Source of the DNA: Octopus vulgaris
Taxonomy: Eukaryota
Length of the DNA stretch: 64,000 nt
Direction of reading: 5' to 3'
NCBI GenBank assembly: GCA_951406725.2
Contig: OX597839.1
Span: forward strand, 8,680,001 to 8,744,000
In this document: in pieces, positions 12,781 to 25,856 of the stretch
Layout: each line of letters begins with the position of its first letter
Position numbering within the stretch: position 1 is the first letter of the stretch
Program-made: the position numbers and the translations under genes
The notes under the pieces: generated by a model
What the model was told of the DNA's origin: nothing
The model's input: only the letters and a program-made list of their open reading frames with translations
Database searches by the model: none

Positions 12781-12857
12781 GGAGGGGGGATTTTGTCATT
12801 GTTTAGCCCAAGGTCGGTCTCAAACCGAACCCTGTTACAGCTACGGCTATCTTTTAT

Positions 12858-13240
12858 ATTTTTACCTGTTTCAACCATTTAGACTGCGGCCAAGCTGGAG
12901 CACCGCCTCGAAGAATTATAGTCGAATGAATTGACCCCCACCCCCACCCCAATACTTGTTTTTTTTAAAGCCTAATACTTTATCAGTCTCTTTTGTGGAA
13001 CCGGTAAGTTACGAGGACGTAAACACACCAACAGCGGTTGTCAAGTTGTGGGGGCACAAACACACACACACATATATATATATAATTTCTCAAATTTCCT
13101 TTTTTTGCAGGCGTGACTGTGTAGTGAGGAGCTTGCTTCCCAACCTCATGGTCCTGGGTTCAGTTCCACTGCGTGGCACTTTGGCCAAATATTTTCAACG
13201 GTGGTGCCCCAGCATGGCCGCAGCCTTCGGGCTGAAACAT
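12858..13240. mobile_element. Rearranged SINE A pieces: 3' half on minus, head on plus joined to a short tail
   Basis: 12858-13075(-) tail region; 13108-13190(+) head; 13200-13240 ggtggtgccccagcatggccgcag. Confidence 0.75.
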
Positions 13241-13689
13241 TTTTAAGAATTTAAGGATATAAATGTATTTGTGGGGGGAAAATATTGAAAAACATCAATA
13301 GATGTGAGAGTGATAAAGAGATGAGGAGGGTTGTCTTTGGATGTGCTAGAAACAACAGCCAAATAGCGCTTAAACTACTTCTCCCTCTGAAAATACTAAC
13401 TTTTTTTGTATACCGAAAAAAAACCATGTCTTCCCATGGTTTTGAAGAGCAGAAACAAAGTGGGTAAAATAAGTCAGGAGTGGGATGGTGAGGAAAAGGG
13501 TATAAAAAAGAAATTTCAAAACATTTTTCATACATAGACGTCCCTCCCCACCCCGCTCAGTCCTATCACTTCGAAGGCTGTAGTTTTAAAAAAAATGGGG
13601 AAAATGCCCGAAAAGTTTTGCCCCACAAATTTCTTTGTGCCTCCTGCTGTAATGTGGAGGTCATGTAGATGTACTGGCTTCGGAGTATA

Positions 13690-14023
13690 TTTATTTTATT
13701 TTATTTTATTTTTTATTTTATCTAGTTTCAGCTCACGAGCTGTGGCCATGCTGGGGCACCGCCATTTGGTGTTGCTACATTATTTTACTTCACGAATGCT
13801 TTTTAGCAATTGCCATTTGGTGCATGAGAGAGGTCGATGCAGCTGCCCTCATCTGCACCTCCTGCCGTGAAGTTGGTTCATCTGGGACACCTGACAGGAA
13901 GAGATCCAGTTTTATTTTAAAGACATCTGCATCCACCCCATGCAGGTCTCTCAGGTTCTTCGGGAGGATATTGAAGAGCTGTGGGCCTCTGAAGCCTAGG
14001 CTACTACAGTATCTTGTCCTAAT
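13690..14023 (-). mobile_element. 3' end of CR1/L2-like LINE (ORF2 C-terminus, 3'UTR, (TAAAA)n tail)
   Basis: GPQLFNILPKNLRDLHGVDADVFKIKLDLFLSGVPDEP, then stop, then ggcggtgccccagcatggccacagctcgtgagctgaaactag. Confidence 0.85.
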
Positions 14024-14028
14024 GGGAA

Positions 14029-14211
14029 ATAATTTGGTATCTTTTAATGAAATTTTATACAAAACCCTTTCAAACGGCATAGATTACGATTATAAAGAAA
14101 TTTGTGGGGCAAAATTTTTCGGGCATTTTCCCCCATAAATTTCTTTATAATCGTAATCTATGCCGCTTGAAAGGGATTTGTATAAAATTTCATTAAAAGA
14201 TACCCAATTAT
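14029..14211. repeat. Long hairpin, 81-bp arms, 21-bp loop
   Basis: 14029-14109 versus 14131-14211 near-perfect reverse complements. Confidence 0.92.
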
Positions 14212-14518
14212 CTGAAACTACTCTCTCCATCTCCTCGCACGAATTCTTTCCCGTATATCCCTATATACTCCGAAGCCACTACATCTACATGACCCCCACA
14301 TTACAGCAGGAGGCACAAAGGGCGGCAGCTCAGTGCAACCCGGTATTACACTAAAAACAGTACATAAAAAACACCCAAACGCTCTGAAGGGCGGTGCTCT
14401 AGAATGATCCCAGCCTCTGGTTGAAGCTGTTAATAGGTAAAGCAGAAAATATTTACACATACGTACATAAATATAAGATATATACACACATACGCATATG
14501 ATGTATATACACGCACAC

Positions 14519-14945
<427 letters not shown>

Positions 14946-15419
14946 TCATGCCCATATACATATAATCCAAATAAATATACACATATAAATGCATATACAA
15001 TCCATATATATATACACATAATACATTTTTACACAGATATACTTACATAGACACGCACAATTACATACATATACGCATTAGCACACACAAATATCTGTGT
15101 TTATATATACATATATATATATATATACACTCACACAGCTGAGTGCGTACATAACAAGAGAGAGAGAGAGAGAGAGAGAAGAGATGCACGTGTAGTATTT
15201 ATGTATATGAAATCTTGATTGTATTATGTAATTAAAATACATATACAAACATAAGTACTAAAATATATGCATGCATATATATAAATATATATATACACAC
15301 ACACACACACACATTTATGCGTATATATATATACATAGGTATTTACGTGTCTGTGAGTTTGTATGCGTTTCTGCAAAGGTGTGTGTCTGAGTATGTATAC
15401 ATACATACCTGTACTGTAC

Positions 15420-16140
<721 letters not shown>

Positions 16141-16326
16141 ACAACAACAACAACGCGCTAATTAACATCTATGTTTACACATACGTACAACTCAATCATA
16201 CACACCCGCATATATGTTTTGGGATAAACACACGTGCACACACGTATGGGTATGACTGAGCAGTGTTAGACTGGGGTGTAAATACTATATATACGAAGAT
16301 GTGTGTGTGTGTGTGAGTGTGTGTGT

Positions 16327-16364
<38 letters not shown>

Positions 16365-16415
16365 ATGCATACGTGGGTATGTGCATGTGTGTATGAGAGA
16401 GGGAGAGAGAGAGAA

Positions 16416-16455
<40 letters not shown>

Positions 16456-16820
16456 GGATGGATTGACGGACAGACATCAGAGAAACAGACAGATATACAG
16501 ACAGAGGGTGTTGGTGTGTCGTCCGATGTGCGTGTGAGCGAAATTTCCTGTTCTATCTCATCACGGCAGGTTCTCGTCTGCCCAACAGTGGTTGTCTCCC
16601 TTCGCCTTAAAGCCGACTGATTTCATAATCAGTGACTGTAATGTTCGGCTGATCGACTTGGTGTGAATCTAGTAATGATTCACATAGCATCAAATACCAA
16701 GGACGATAACTAAGGGACACGTTGGTGGAAAGGGAGCTGACGCTCACAGAGACGAAGATAGATAGTGAGAGAAAGGGAGCAAGAGAGAAAGAGAGACAGG
16801 GATACAATAATTACTCTCCC

Positions 16821-17270
16821 TTTTTACTCTTTCACTTGTTTCAGTCATTTTGACTGCGGCCATGCAGGAGCACCGCCTTTAGTCGAGCAAATCGACCCCC
16901 AGGACTTATTCTTTGGAAGCCTAGTACTTATTCTATCGGTCTTCTTTTGCCGAACCGCTAAGTTACGGGGACGTAAACACACCAGCATCGGTTCTCAATC
17001 GATGTTGGGAACACACACACACACACACACACAAACATACACACACAAACATACACACACACACACACACACAAACATACACACACATACACATATATAT
17101 ATATATATACGACGGGCTTCTTTCAGTTTCCGTCTTCCAAATCCACTCACAAGGCTTTGGGTCGGCCCGAGGCTGAAATAGAAGACACTTGTCCAAGGTG
17201 CCACGCAGTGGGACTGAATCCGGAACCATGTGGTTGGTAAGCAAGCTACTTACCACACAGCCACTCCTGC
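16821..17270 (-). mobile_element. SINE A, full length
   Basis: Family match. Confidence 0.95.
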
Positions 17271-17396
17271 ATAAACATATATACAGAAAGGCAGAGGAAT
17301 TAATACAACGATATGCAAATATTGTCCGTTAAGATCTGCCTTTATTTAGATAAACACGCATAAATATACACACACGAATATAATACATGTATATAA

Positions 17397-18128
17397 CGAG
17401 GGGGTGCTGAAAAGTTCCTGGCTTTGGGTAAAAGAAAATACAGGAGGATCAGTTAATTATCATTTTATTCAACACTAGCAGTATCGCCCGGCGTTGCTCG
17501 GGTTTGTAAGGGAAATGACTATATAAGCATTTTTAGAGAGTTACTTCCCTTATAGATGACAATTTGGGCTTTCTTAGCCATTTCTGTTTTGGTGTCTTCA
17601 AGCCGTGAAGTCGTTGTTCTAAAAGAACGCTGGTCTCCTTGACAACGCTTTACGGCGTTGATTTCCTTACACTCCCTTCCCCACAGCTTCACGAGGGAGG
17701 GAAGAAGGGGGAGAAGCAAACAGGTACAGGTGTGACCGTGGACGCCAACTCCGCCACCATCGACACACGAAAAATTATGCATTAAAATGGAATAAAAAAT
17801 GATGTTAAATTATTTTTAAAATCGTAGACTCATCGTAGACGCGCGCTAATACTCAGACGGGCTCGATATGAATCACGACTATAAGATACCCGAATTTGGT
17901 TAAACTGCACCGCAAAATGTGGGAGTAGTTAGGAATCTAAATCGAAGGGGACAGACACTCACACAACTACAGTTTTATATATAGAGATATTCCCCTCTCA
18001 GATTCACACACTTATTGCAGTGGTCCTTCAGTTACTTTTAAGCCTTGTAAAAGAATTCCGAAGGTTGGAACTCCAACCAAGCCTTTCGTAATAACCCTTA
18101 AAGCCAGGAACTTTTCAGTACCTACTCG
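17397..18128. mobile_element. Mariner-like MITE interrupted by a Helitron
   Basis: TIRs cgagggggtgctgaaaagttcctggcttt / aaagccaggaacttttcagtacctactcg. Confidence 0.8.
17475..17987 (-). mobile_element. Non-autonomous Helitron
   Basis: Minus strand begins TCtctatatataaaa, ends with hairpin cccgagcaacgccggg then CTAG; inserted between A and T, no TSD. Confidence 0.85.
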
Positions 18129-18177
18129 CATGTGTGTGTGTACTAGTGGGACGAACCATTCAACTATATTACATCCA

Positions 18178-18382
18178 GAAACGTTAGCGCGCCGGGTGAA
18201 ATGCTTAGCGGTATTTCGTCTGTCGTTACGTTGTGAGTTCAAATTCCGCCGAGGTCGACTTTGCCTTTCATCCTTTCGGGGTCGATAAATAAAGTACCAG
18301 TTTCGCACTGGGGTCGGTGTAATCGACTTAGTCCCTTGTTTGTCCCCTCTATGTTTAGCTCCTTGTAGGCAGTAAAGAAATA
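18178..18382 (+). mobile_element. SINE B with 13-bp TSD
   Basis: TSD tatattacatcca at 18165-18177 and 18383-18395. Confidence 0.92.
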
Positions 18383-18530
18383 TATATTACATCCACCAAA
18401 CATTGTGTGTGCTTATGTGTGTGAAACCATGGCCAGCAACTGAGCTGTGTATTAGGCGATTAATAGAATGTCATCTGTGAATCTGAAGTGGGTTAGTAGT
18501 TCGCCAATGATGTTCACGCCAGTCAATGTT

Positions 18531-18697
18531 TCTCGTCTGCCGTTACGTTAGCCGAGTTCAAATTCCGCCGAGGTTGATTTTGTCTTTCATCCTTTAGGGG
18601 TCGATAAATTAAGTACCAGTTACGCACTGGGGTCGATATAATCGACTTAATTCGTTTGTCTGTCCTTGTTTGTCCCCTAATGGGTAGTAAAGAAATA
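18531..18697 (+). mobile_element. SINE B, 5'-truncated
   Basis: Family match. Confidence 0.88.
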
Positions 18698-19157
18698 TAT
18701 ATCTAGACTTGCAGTGAAGAGCTTCGGATAGTCTCCCCTTGTTGGGCGTCCTTTCTACTTGGAACTCTTGCTGATGGCGCTAGTAGAGCTATATTTGTGG
18801 TACATTCAGAGTTTGTCTCAAAGCAGTTTGATGTTATTCCGCCTCGACACCTTGTATTTCCAGAGGTTTTAGCACTGCGTTCATCTTGACATTATCAAAA
18901 GCCTTTCTGTAGTCAACGAAAGTGGTGCACAGCAGCAGCTTGTATTTACTCGCTCCTTCTATAAGCTGTGTTAAAGTGAATGGTTATAGCATGGTCTCCT
19001 CCATGCTGTAGTTCTTACGGAAACCTACTGACTCCCTCAGCGACTGGTCATTAAGATGTTTCGATATTCTGGAGACTTATAATCTTTGTAAACAGTTTAC
19101 AGAGGGGAGTAAAGAGGCTTATGGAACAGTAGTTTTGCAATCTTCTTCATGATCGTA

Positions 19158-19568
19158 GGCGTAAGAGTGGCAGTGTGGTAAGTAGCTTGCTTACCAACCA
19201 CATGGTCCTGGGTTCAGTCCCACTGCGTGGCACCTTGGGCAAGTGTCTTCTACTTAAGCCTCGGGCCGACCAAAGCCTTGAGGGTGGATTTGGTAGACGG
19301 AAACTGAAAGAAGCCTGTAGTATATATGTATATATATATATGTGTGTGTGTGTGTGTTTGTGTGTCTGTGTTTGTACCCCCAACATCGCTTGACAACTGA
19401 TGCTGGTGTGTTTACGTCCCCGTAACTAAGCGGTTCGGCCAAAGAGACCGATAGAATAAGTACTAGGCTTCCAAAGAATAAGTCCTGGGGTCGATTTGCC
19501 CGACTAAAAAGGCGGTGCTCCAGCATGTCCGCAGTCAAATGACTGAAACAAGTAAAAGAGTAAAAGAG
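19158..19568 (+). mobile_element. SINE A, full length
   Basis: Family match. Confidence 0.95.
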
Positions 19569-20020
19569 TATGATCCTTCTTATGAAGCAAGATGGTATTT
19601 AACTTTTCCTACAGCAAGGATATTTTACCCTTTTACAGTAACGATTTAAGGACTGACCAAGGATTTTCCACAGCTTTTCACTTCTACTCCATAATATCTG
19701 TTACGCCATCTTCTCCTGGAGCTTTGTCTGCTTGAGGGCATTTTCAGTTTCACTGTCCAGAATAGACGGCCTTTCTTCCATCATTTATGGCAGTAGAGGA
19801 GCGAACTTCACCGATTGGTAAAAGCCGATGTATGTTTTGCATACCTATTCCATCTTCACTTTGTCTGCTACCGTGAGTCAATCCTGGTCCTTATGCGTCA
19901 TCACCTCTGACCTATAGAGTGCCATATCTTTCTTGCATCTTTTTAGGCTTTTTTTCTTTCCTTTACAACCTGCATTAGGTCTTCAATCTATAATCCTGGA
20001 AGTTATTTTCTAGATGCTGT

Positions 20021-20312
20021 CTGTACACCTATAACTCAACAGTTGGCATTAACACGAACCGTATGGAAACAAAATACATGCGGTCCGAATTCTGAAGAAA
20101 TGTGGGTGGGAAGAGATGAAATCGTGTAAGTAAAGGAATACATCTACTTGGGGCATACAGTCGAATATGTGCCGTGGCATGGGTGCTGAAATCTCGAAGA
20201 CAAAAAGGGCAGGATGGAAGGCGCTCATTCAATAAAGTATGTGCTCGATGTAACACTGAACAACACCAAATGTGCCAAACTCTTCAATAGCACCGCCCTA
20301 CCTGCTCTCTTA
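20021..20312 (+). pseudogene. RTE LINE remnant, sense segment
   Basis: LYTYNSTVGINTNRMETKYM, VKEYIYLG, RAGWKA, AKLFNSTALPALL. Confidence 0.8.
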
Positions 20313-20314
20313 TA

Positions 20315-20592
20315 ACTATTTCTTTACTACCCACAAGGAGCTAAACACAGAGAGTACAAACAAGGACAGACAAACGGATTAAGTCGATTATATCGACCCA
20401 GTGCGTAACTGGTACTTATTTAATCGATTTGCCCGACTAAAAAGGCGGTGCTCCAGCATGGCTGCAGTCGAACCAGTGCGTAACTGGTACTTATTTAATC
20501 GACCCCGAAAGGATGAAAGGCAAAGTCGACCTCGGCGGAATTTGAACTCAGAACGTAATGGCAGACGAAATACGGCTACGTATTTCGCCCGG
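20315..20592 (-). mobile_element. SINE B with internal SINE A patch
   Basis: Family match; 45-bp insert at 20428-20472. Confidence 0.88.
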
Positions 20593-20908
20593 TGTGTATG
20601 TAGCCGTAATGCTGTTGCTTGATCTGTTAGAAATATCAGCCAATCTCCTTCAAATCATAATCTACCTTCTGAAAGGCAGGGACACTTATGATAATGAATA
20701 CCTACATTAACCAAAATAGAGTGGATAGCCATGGCTGTGATACTTTTTATTTTCATTTTGATCCTTCAAGGTTGACCTGGGGTCAAGCAACAATAACTAC
20801 ATCAACGATACTCTCACCACCACGAGACTACCCTTTTCCAACCTCTACCTTATACTACCCATATTACCACTAGTACTACTTACCCAAAACAGTATTATCT
20901 CTACACAA

Positions 20909-21139
20909 GGCGGCGAGCTGGCAGAAACGTTAGCACGCCGGGCGAAATGCTTAGCGGTATTTCGTCTGCGTTACGTTGTGAGTTCAAATTTCGCCGAGGT
21001 CGACTTTGCCTTTCATCCTTTAGGGGGTCGATAAATTAAGTACCAGTTACGCACTGGAGTCGATGTAATCGACTTAATACCTATGTCTGTCCTTGTTTGT
21101 CCCCTCTATGTTTAGCCTCTTGTGGGTAATAAAGAAATA
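20909..21139 (+). mobile_element. SINE B, full length with TSD
   Basis: A-box-like tggcagaaacg, B-box gttcaaatt, Meta/MESC-like gcctttcatcctt..ggggtcgataaa..agtaccag; TSD agtattatctct. Confidence 0.93.
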
Positions 21140-21182
21140 AGTATTATCTCTGCATTCACTATTGTACACACACTACTACTAT

Positions 21183-21578
21183 TTACTCTTTTATTTGTTT
21201 CAGTCATTTAACTGCGACCATACTGGAGCACCGCCTTTAGTCGAGCAAATCGACACCAGGACTTATTCTTTGTAAGCCCAGTACTTATTCTATCGGTCTC
21301 TTTTGCCGAACCGCTAAGTTACGGGGACGTAAACACACCAGCATCAGTTGTCAAGCAATGCTAGGGGGACAAACACAGACACACAAACACATACATATAT
21401 ATATATACATATATATGACAGGCTTCTTTCAGTTTCCGTCTACCAAATCCACTCACAAGGCATTGGTCAGCCCGGAGCTATAGTAGAAGACACTTGCCCA
21501 AGATGCCATGCAGTGGGACTGAACCCGGAACCATGTGGTTGGTTAGCAAGCTACTTACCACACAGCCACTCCTGCACC
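21183..21578 (-). mobile_element. SINE A, full length
   Basis: Family match. Confidence 0.95.
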
Positions 21579-21865
21579 AATTAACATCTCTACTAAAACA
21601 TACGCTGCTTCTACATTCACTACCAGTCCCGCCACTACGACCAGGCTATCGCAACCTCCGTCACCGGCGAGATTACCATTACTACATCTATATTCAATAC
21701 CACTTCCACAACTACCACCTATGCAACCAATATGAGGTACTACGACTACTACCACTATTTTGGTCAACAAAATCACTTGTACCATAGCCTTACCACAACC
21801 ACCCCACGCGATCCTTTACGCTGCAACTGCTTACATATTACACGACACACAAACACGCATACGTA

Positions 21866-22385
21866 TCTTTTATCGAGTTTAGTTATTAGACTGCGGCCAT
21901 GCTGGGGCACTGCCTTGAAGAACTTTGTCGTCGAATAACTCGAATCCAGTATTTATATTTTTTTACAGACCGATACGTATTCTATGAGTCTTTTGTGCCT
22001 AACTGCTAAGTTAGGGAAACGTAAACAAACCAAAACTGGTGGTCAAGCGGTGGTGGTGGACAAACACACACCGGCTGATCATATATATATATACATGTAT
22101 ATATATATATGATCAGCCGAAATTGCGAGGATGATCCAGTTCTTGACTGAAGATTGAAGGCTTCGAAAGTCCCGTCCGTGTTTTTTGTATCGTCTAAATG
22201 TTTTGCGTTCTTTGCGTGAAGAAGAAGAGAAACGAGAACATAAAGAAAAAAAACCTAGAAAACGAACTTTTTTCGAACAACCAGGCAATAGTAAATGACA
22301 CTTGTCCAGTGTACCACGCAGTGGGACTGAACCTGGAACCATGTAATCGGAAAGCAAGCTTCTAACCACACAGCCACGCCTGCGC
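21866..22385 (-). mobile_element. Old SINE A split by an unrelated insert (about 22110-22290)
   Basis: Tail half 21866-22070, head 22295-22385. Confidence 0.75.
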
Positions 22386-23004
22386 GTATGCAACATACGC
22401 ACAGGCATTTGCATAGATACATGCATGCATACACACACACACACACACATACAAACGCATACATTTATGCACAAGCACACACATACCGTACACACACATT
22501 TTTTCATGCATACTCATATACAGATATATTTATATACATGCATTCATACACACACACACGCATGTATATATATATATATATATATATAAATACACACACA
22601 CACACAAACGTACATTCATCCATACATTCCTTCATAAATATATTCATACATACAAGCATACATGCGTAGAAATCTACACGTATGCCTGCATATATACATA
22701 CAAACATATACACAAATACATGATATACATATTTCGGCTTACAGCGCTCTTCTTTCCAGCAGTCTCCCCTTCCTCTCACTGCTCCTCTCTTACACATATT
22801 TCATTGTCAGCCAAATACTCATCGATTTAGCTGTCACGTTTGATTACTAAATCAAGCGAGTGTTGTTGGGCTGTGGTAATAAATACCCAAGTTGGGGGTT
22901 GAAACCCGCATCCAGGGCCAGCAACTTCTCGATTTCAGGTCGAATGTCAAAACAAAGAAGAAAACAAAAACGAGAAACTATGAAAATCGATAATAATAAT
23001 GATG

Positions 23005-23072
<68 letters not shown>

Positions 23073-23320
23073 CGTGTGGAGAAGGAGGTAGCGGAGGAAG
23101 ACGGTGATGATGTTCTCTATATTTGACACAGAGACATCGACTCAAATACAAATAAAACTATTTTTGGCCGTTAGATTAAAAATTTCGCTTTCCAACCACA
23201 TGGTTCCAAGGCTCAAACTCGCCGTGCAGAGCACCTTGGGAGCGGGTCTACCATAATATATGGCTGTACATTAGTACATTATATTGCCAATTTAGTAGGC
23301 GGAACTGTGCTGAAGTACAT

Positions 23321-23352
<32 letters not shown>

Positions 23353-23483
23353 CTACTACTACTACTACTAATATAGGGTGAAGTTTTTTTTACAGAAAAA
23401 AAAATCCATCAAAAAATGTGGCAGCATATTAAAATACCTTTACGGTTGAAATTATAAACAACTTAAAAATAAGGACTAAATTT

Positions 23484-23536
<53 letters not shown>

Positions 23537-23756
23537 ATATGCATATGTGCATACATAAATGCACATACCTACATATATATGTATATATACATGCATATAC
23601 GGGTACAGGACATCAAAAAGACGTGAACAATAATAATAATAATAATAATAATAGGAACGGGAACAAAGAAAACATAGAAAATGAACTTTTTTCGAACAAC
23701 GAAAGAAACAAATAGAGAAACGAGACAGGCAACATAAAGAACATTCCCTTCATCAG

Positions 23757-23984
23757 TTGTCCAATCACTTGACTGTGGCCATATTGGAGCACCACCTTGA
23801 AGGGTTTTTTGTTCAAGCAAATCGACCCTAAGACTTATTTCTTGAACCTGGTATTCTATTGGGGTTATTTTGTCAAACCGCTAAGTTATGGGAACGTAAA
23901 CACATCAACATCGGTTGTCAAGCGGTGATGGGGGGGGGGCAAACACAGACACAAAGAGACACACGCGAGTGTGTGTGTTTATAA

Positions 23985-24017
<33 letters not shown>

Positions 24018-24178
24018 GCGGGCTTCCTTCAGATTCCGTCAACCATATCCACTCACACGGCTTTGGTCAGCCCGACACTATAGTAAAAGACACTTGCCCA
24101 AGGTTTCATGCAGTGGGAGTGAACCCGGAACCATGTGGTTGGGAAGCAAGCTTCTTACCACACAGTCACACCTGCACC
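23757..24178 (-). mobile_element. Older SINE A
   Basis: Diverged family match. Confidence 0.88.
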
Positions 24179-24397
24179 TAATAATTGGTACGCTATAGGA
24201 GACAGCAATACATATACAGCATTAGATACTTAAAAATTAACAAAGATATTAAACTGATACTTAGCAAATAGTTGGTTAGTCTTAGTATTTCGAGTCGCAA
24301 ACTCCTTTTCGGAGCATTAAAAAAGAAAGGTAATTTTGACGTAATTTCTCCTTCCCCCTTCCTCCCTCCGTCCCCCTTTCTATGTCTCCATATATTG

Positions 24398-24700
24398 TTG
24401 GCATCCTTTTGTCTCGGGAGACAATGGAGTTGCGTATAAACTAATCCAGTCTGGTTTTTACATCTTATGTCCTCTCCAGTTTCCTCTCCAGCTTTGCGAA
24501 GGCCTGGGCTAGATGTAAGAAAATCCTGGGTAGCCCAATCGTCAGGATTCCTCTCTCGATCTTGCTAACATAGTCCAAAGGAGTGCAGAGCATTACGTTT
24601 GGCACCAGCTTGGTTGCAGCAGCTGCCGGAAGAGTGTCGAGTCGAATACTAAATCGCCTACGGGGCTCCACTCCGAATTTCTTTGAAGGTTGTCTCCTTT
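24398..24700. mobile_element. RTE/BovB-related non-coding fragment
   Basis: ggcatccttttgtctcgggagacaatgg and tttggcaccagcttggttgcagcagctgccggaag resemble RTE untranslated motifs (from memory). Confidence 0.4.
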
Positions 24701-24806
24701 CCCTGGATAGGGACCCATACCGGGTACTGTCAGCCGGAGCTAACTGAGCCCGGGACTCGTGTCAAACAGGATCGTTACTCTCTGAAGTAGTGAAGAAAAT
24801 CGCTAC

Positions 24807-24878
<72 letters not shown>

Positions 24879-25066
24879 ACAATATCTTCCAAAACTAGAA
24901 ACCAGTAAAATTATCTATGAAGAGAAACAACCAATACCGATGTAAGTAATCTCCATCAAACATAATGAAAGACAACTCAGATTAATGTGACTAAAACAAA
25001 AATTCAGAAACTCAGACCACACAAATTACAAAATAAGCAAATATATATGGAGTTTTAGTCAGTACA

Positions 25067-25431
25067 CTAGCACTATGACCCAACAACGCCGGGTCATAGT
25101 GCTAGTGCATGCATATACGGCTGCGTGCGTGTACACATACACGCGAGTACTGTCCAAATCTCCGACCAATCACACACAGCTAGCTGGCATTCAATTGGCG
25201 TATCAAGTTTCAGGCATTTTGATTGGGTTTTGGATAGAAAATTCACAAAAAAGTATCTTCTATTGATTTTTTTAATGGCTTTGCGGGGTGACTGGGGAAA
25301 TGTAAAGATGTGCACTATCACCCTTGGACGGTTTTGAATGACCATAGAAAGTGCGAGTCCTCTAACTGAAAAATTGTGGATTTGTATAAAGGACATGCAC
25401 ACAGACATTTTGCCGTTTATATATATAGAGA
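25067..25431 (-). mobile_element. Non-autonomous Helitron
   Basis: Minus-strand TCtctatatatataa start, CTAG end with GC hairpin, A|T insertion site. Confidence 0.82.
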
Positions 25432-25856
25432 TACACTTAAGAACCTTTTAATATTTCGTTTAGACATAGCAAAACTAATAACTTGGTGTAGAACTCAATG
25501 TACATATGCTTCAGAAGGAAGTGTTAATCGAATACAGAGAAGTAATAAGAAAATAAGATAGCATACAGCTGTCTCTGATATAAAATACTGTGGTATTTCT
25601 TTATGTTGTGGACACATAGTTGAGTGCTTGAATAGCACTATACAGCTTCATCTAGGTACTCAGTTATGAGTCCATGGCATCTTATAGTAGAAGCGGTTAT
25701 ACAATTAAGAATTAAGAATTATACTTAAAACAAATATATCGTAACGAAATGATTCTACAAGCGCTGAAAAGAAATTAAAGGAAACTGGACTTACGTCTTT
25801 AAACCACAGCTGTCAAGAACCAAAGACCATTATATGTTAATAGGTAGACATCATAA

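Larger units (their letters stand above)
18419..20020 (-). pseudogene. RTE-clade LINE reverse transcriptase remnant, inverted 5' segment, interrupted by SINEs
   Basis: KAPGEDGVT, VGFRKNYS, FTLTQLIEGASKYKLLLCTTFVDYRKAFD, PKLFTASL, THFRFTDDILL on minus strand. Confidence 0.85.

Noticed and set aside
22146-22180. ctgaaga...gaaa hammerhead-like motif
   Set aside because: Stem II loop too short and stems I and III not supported
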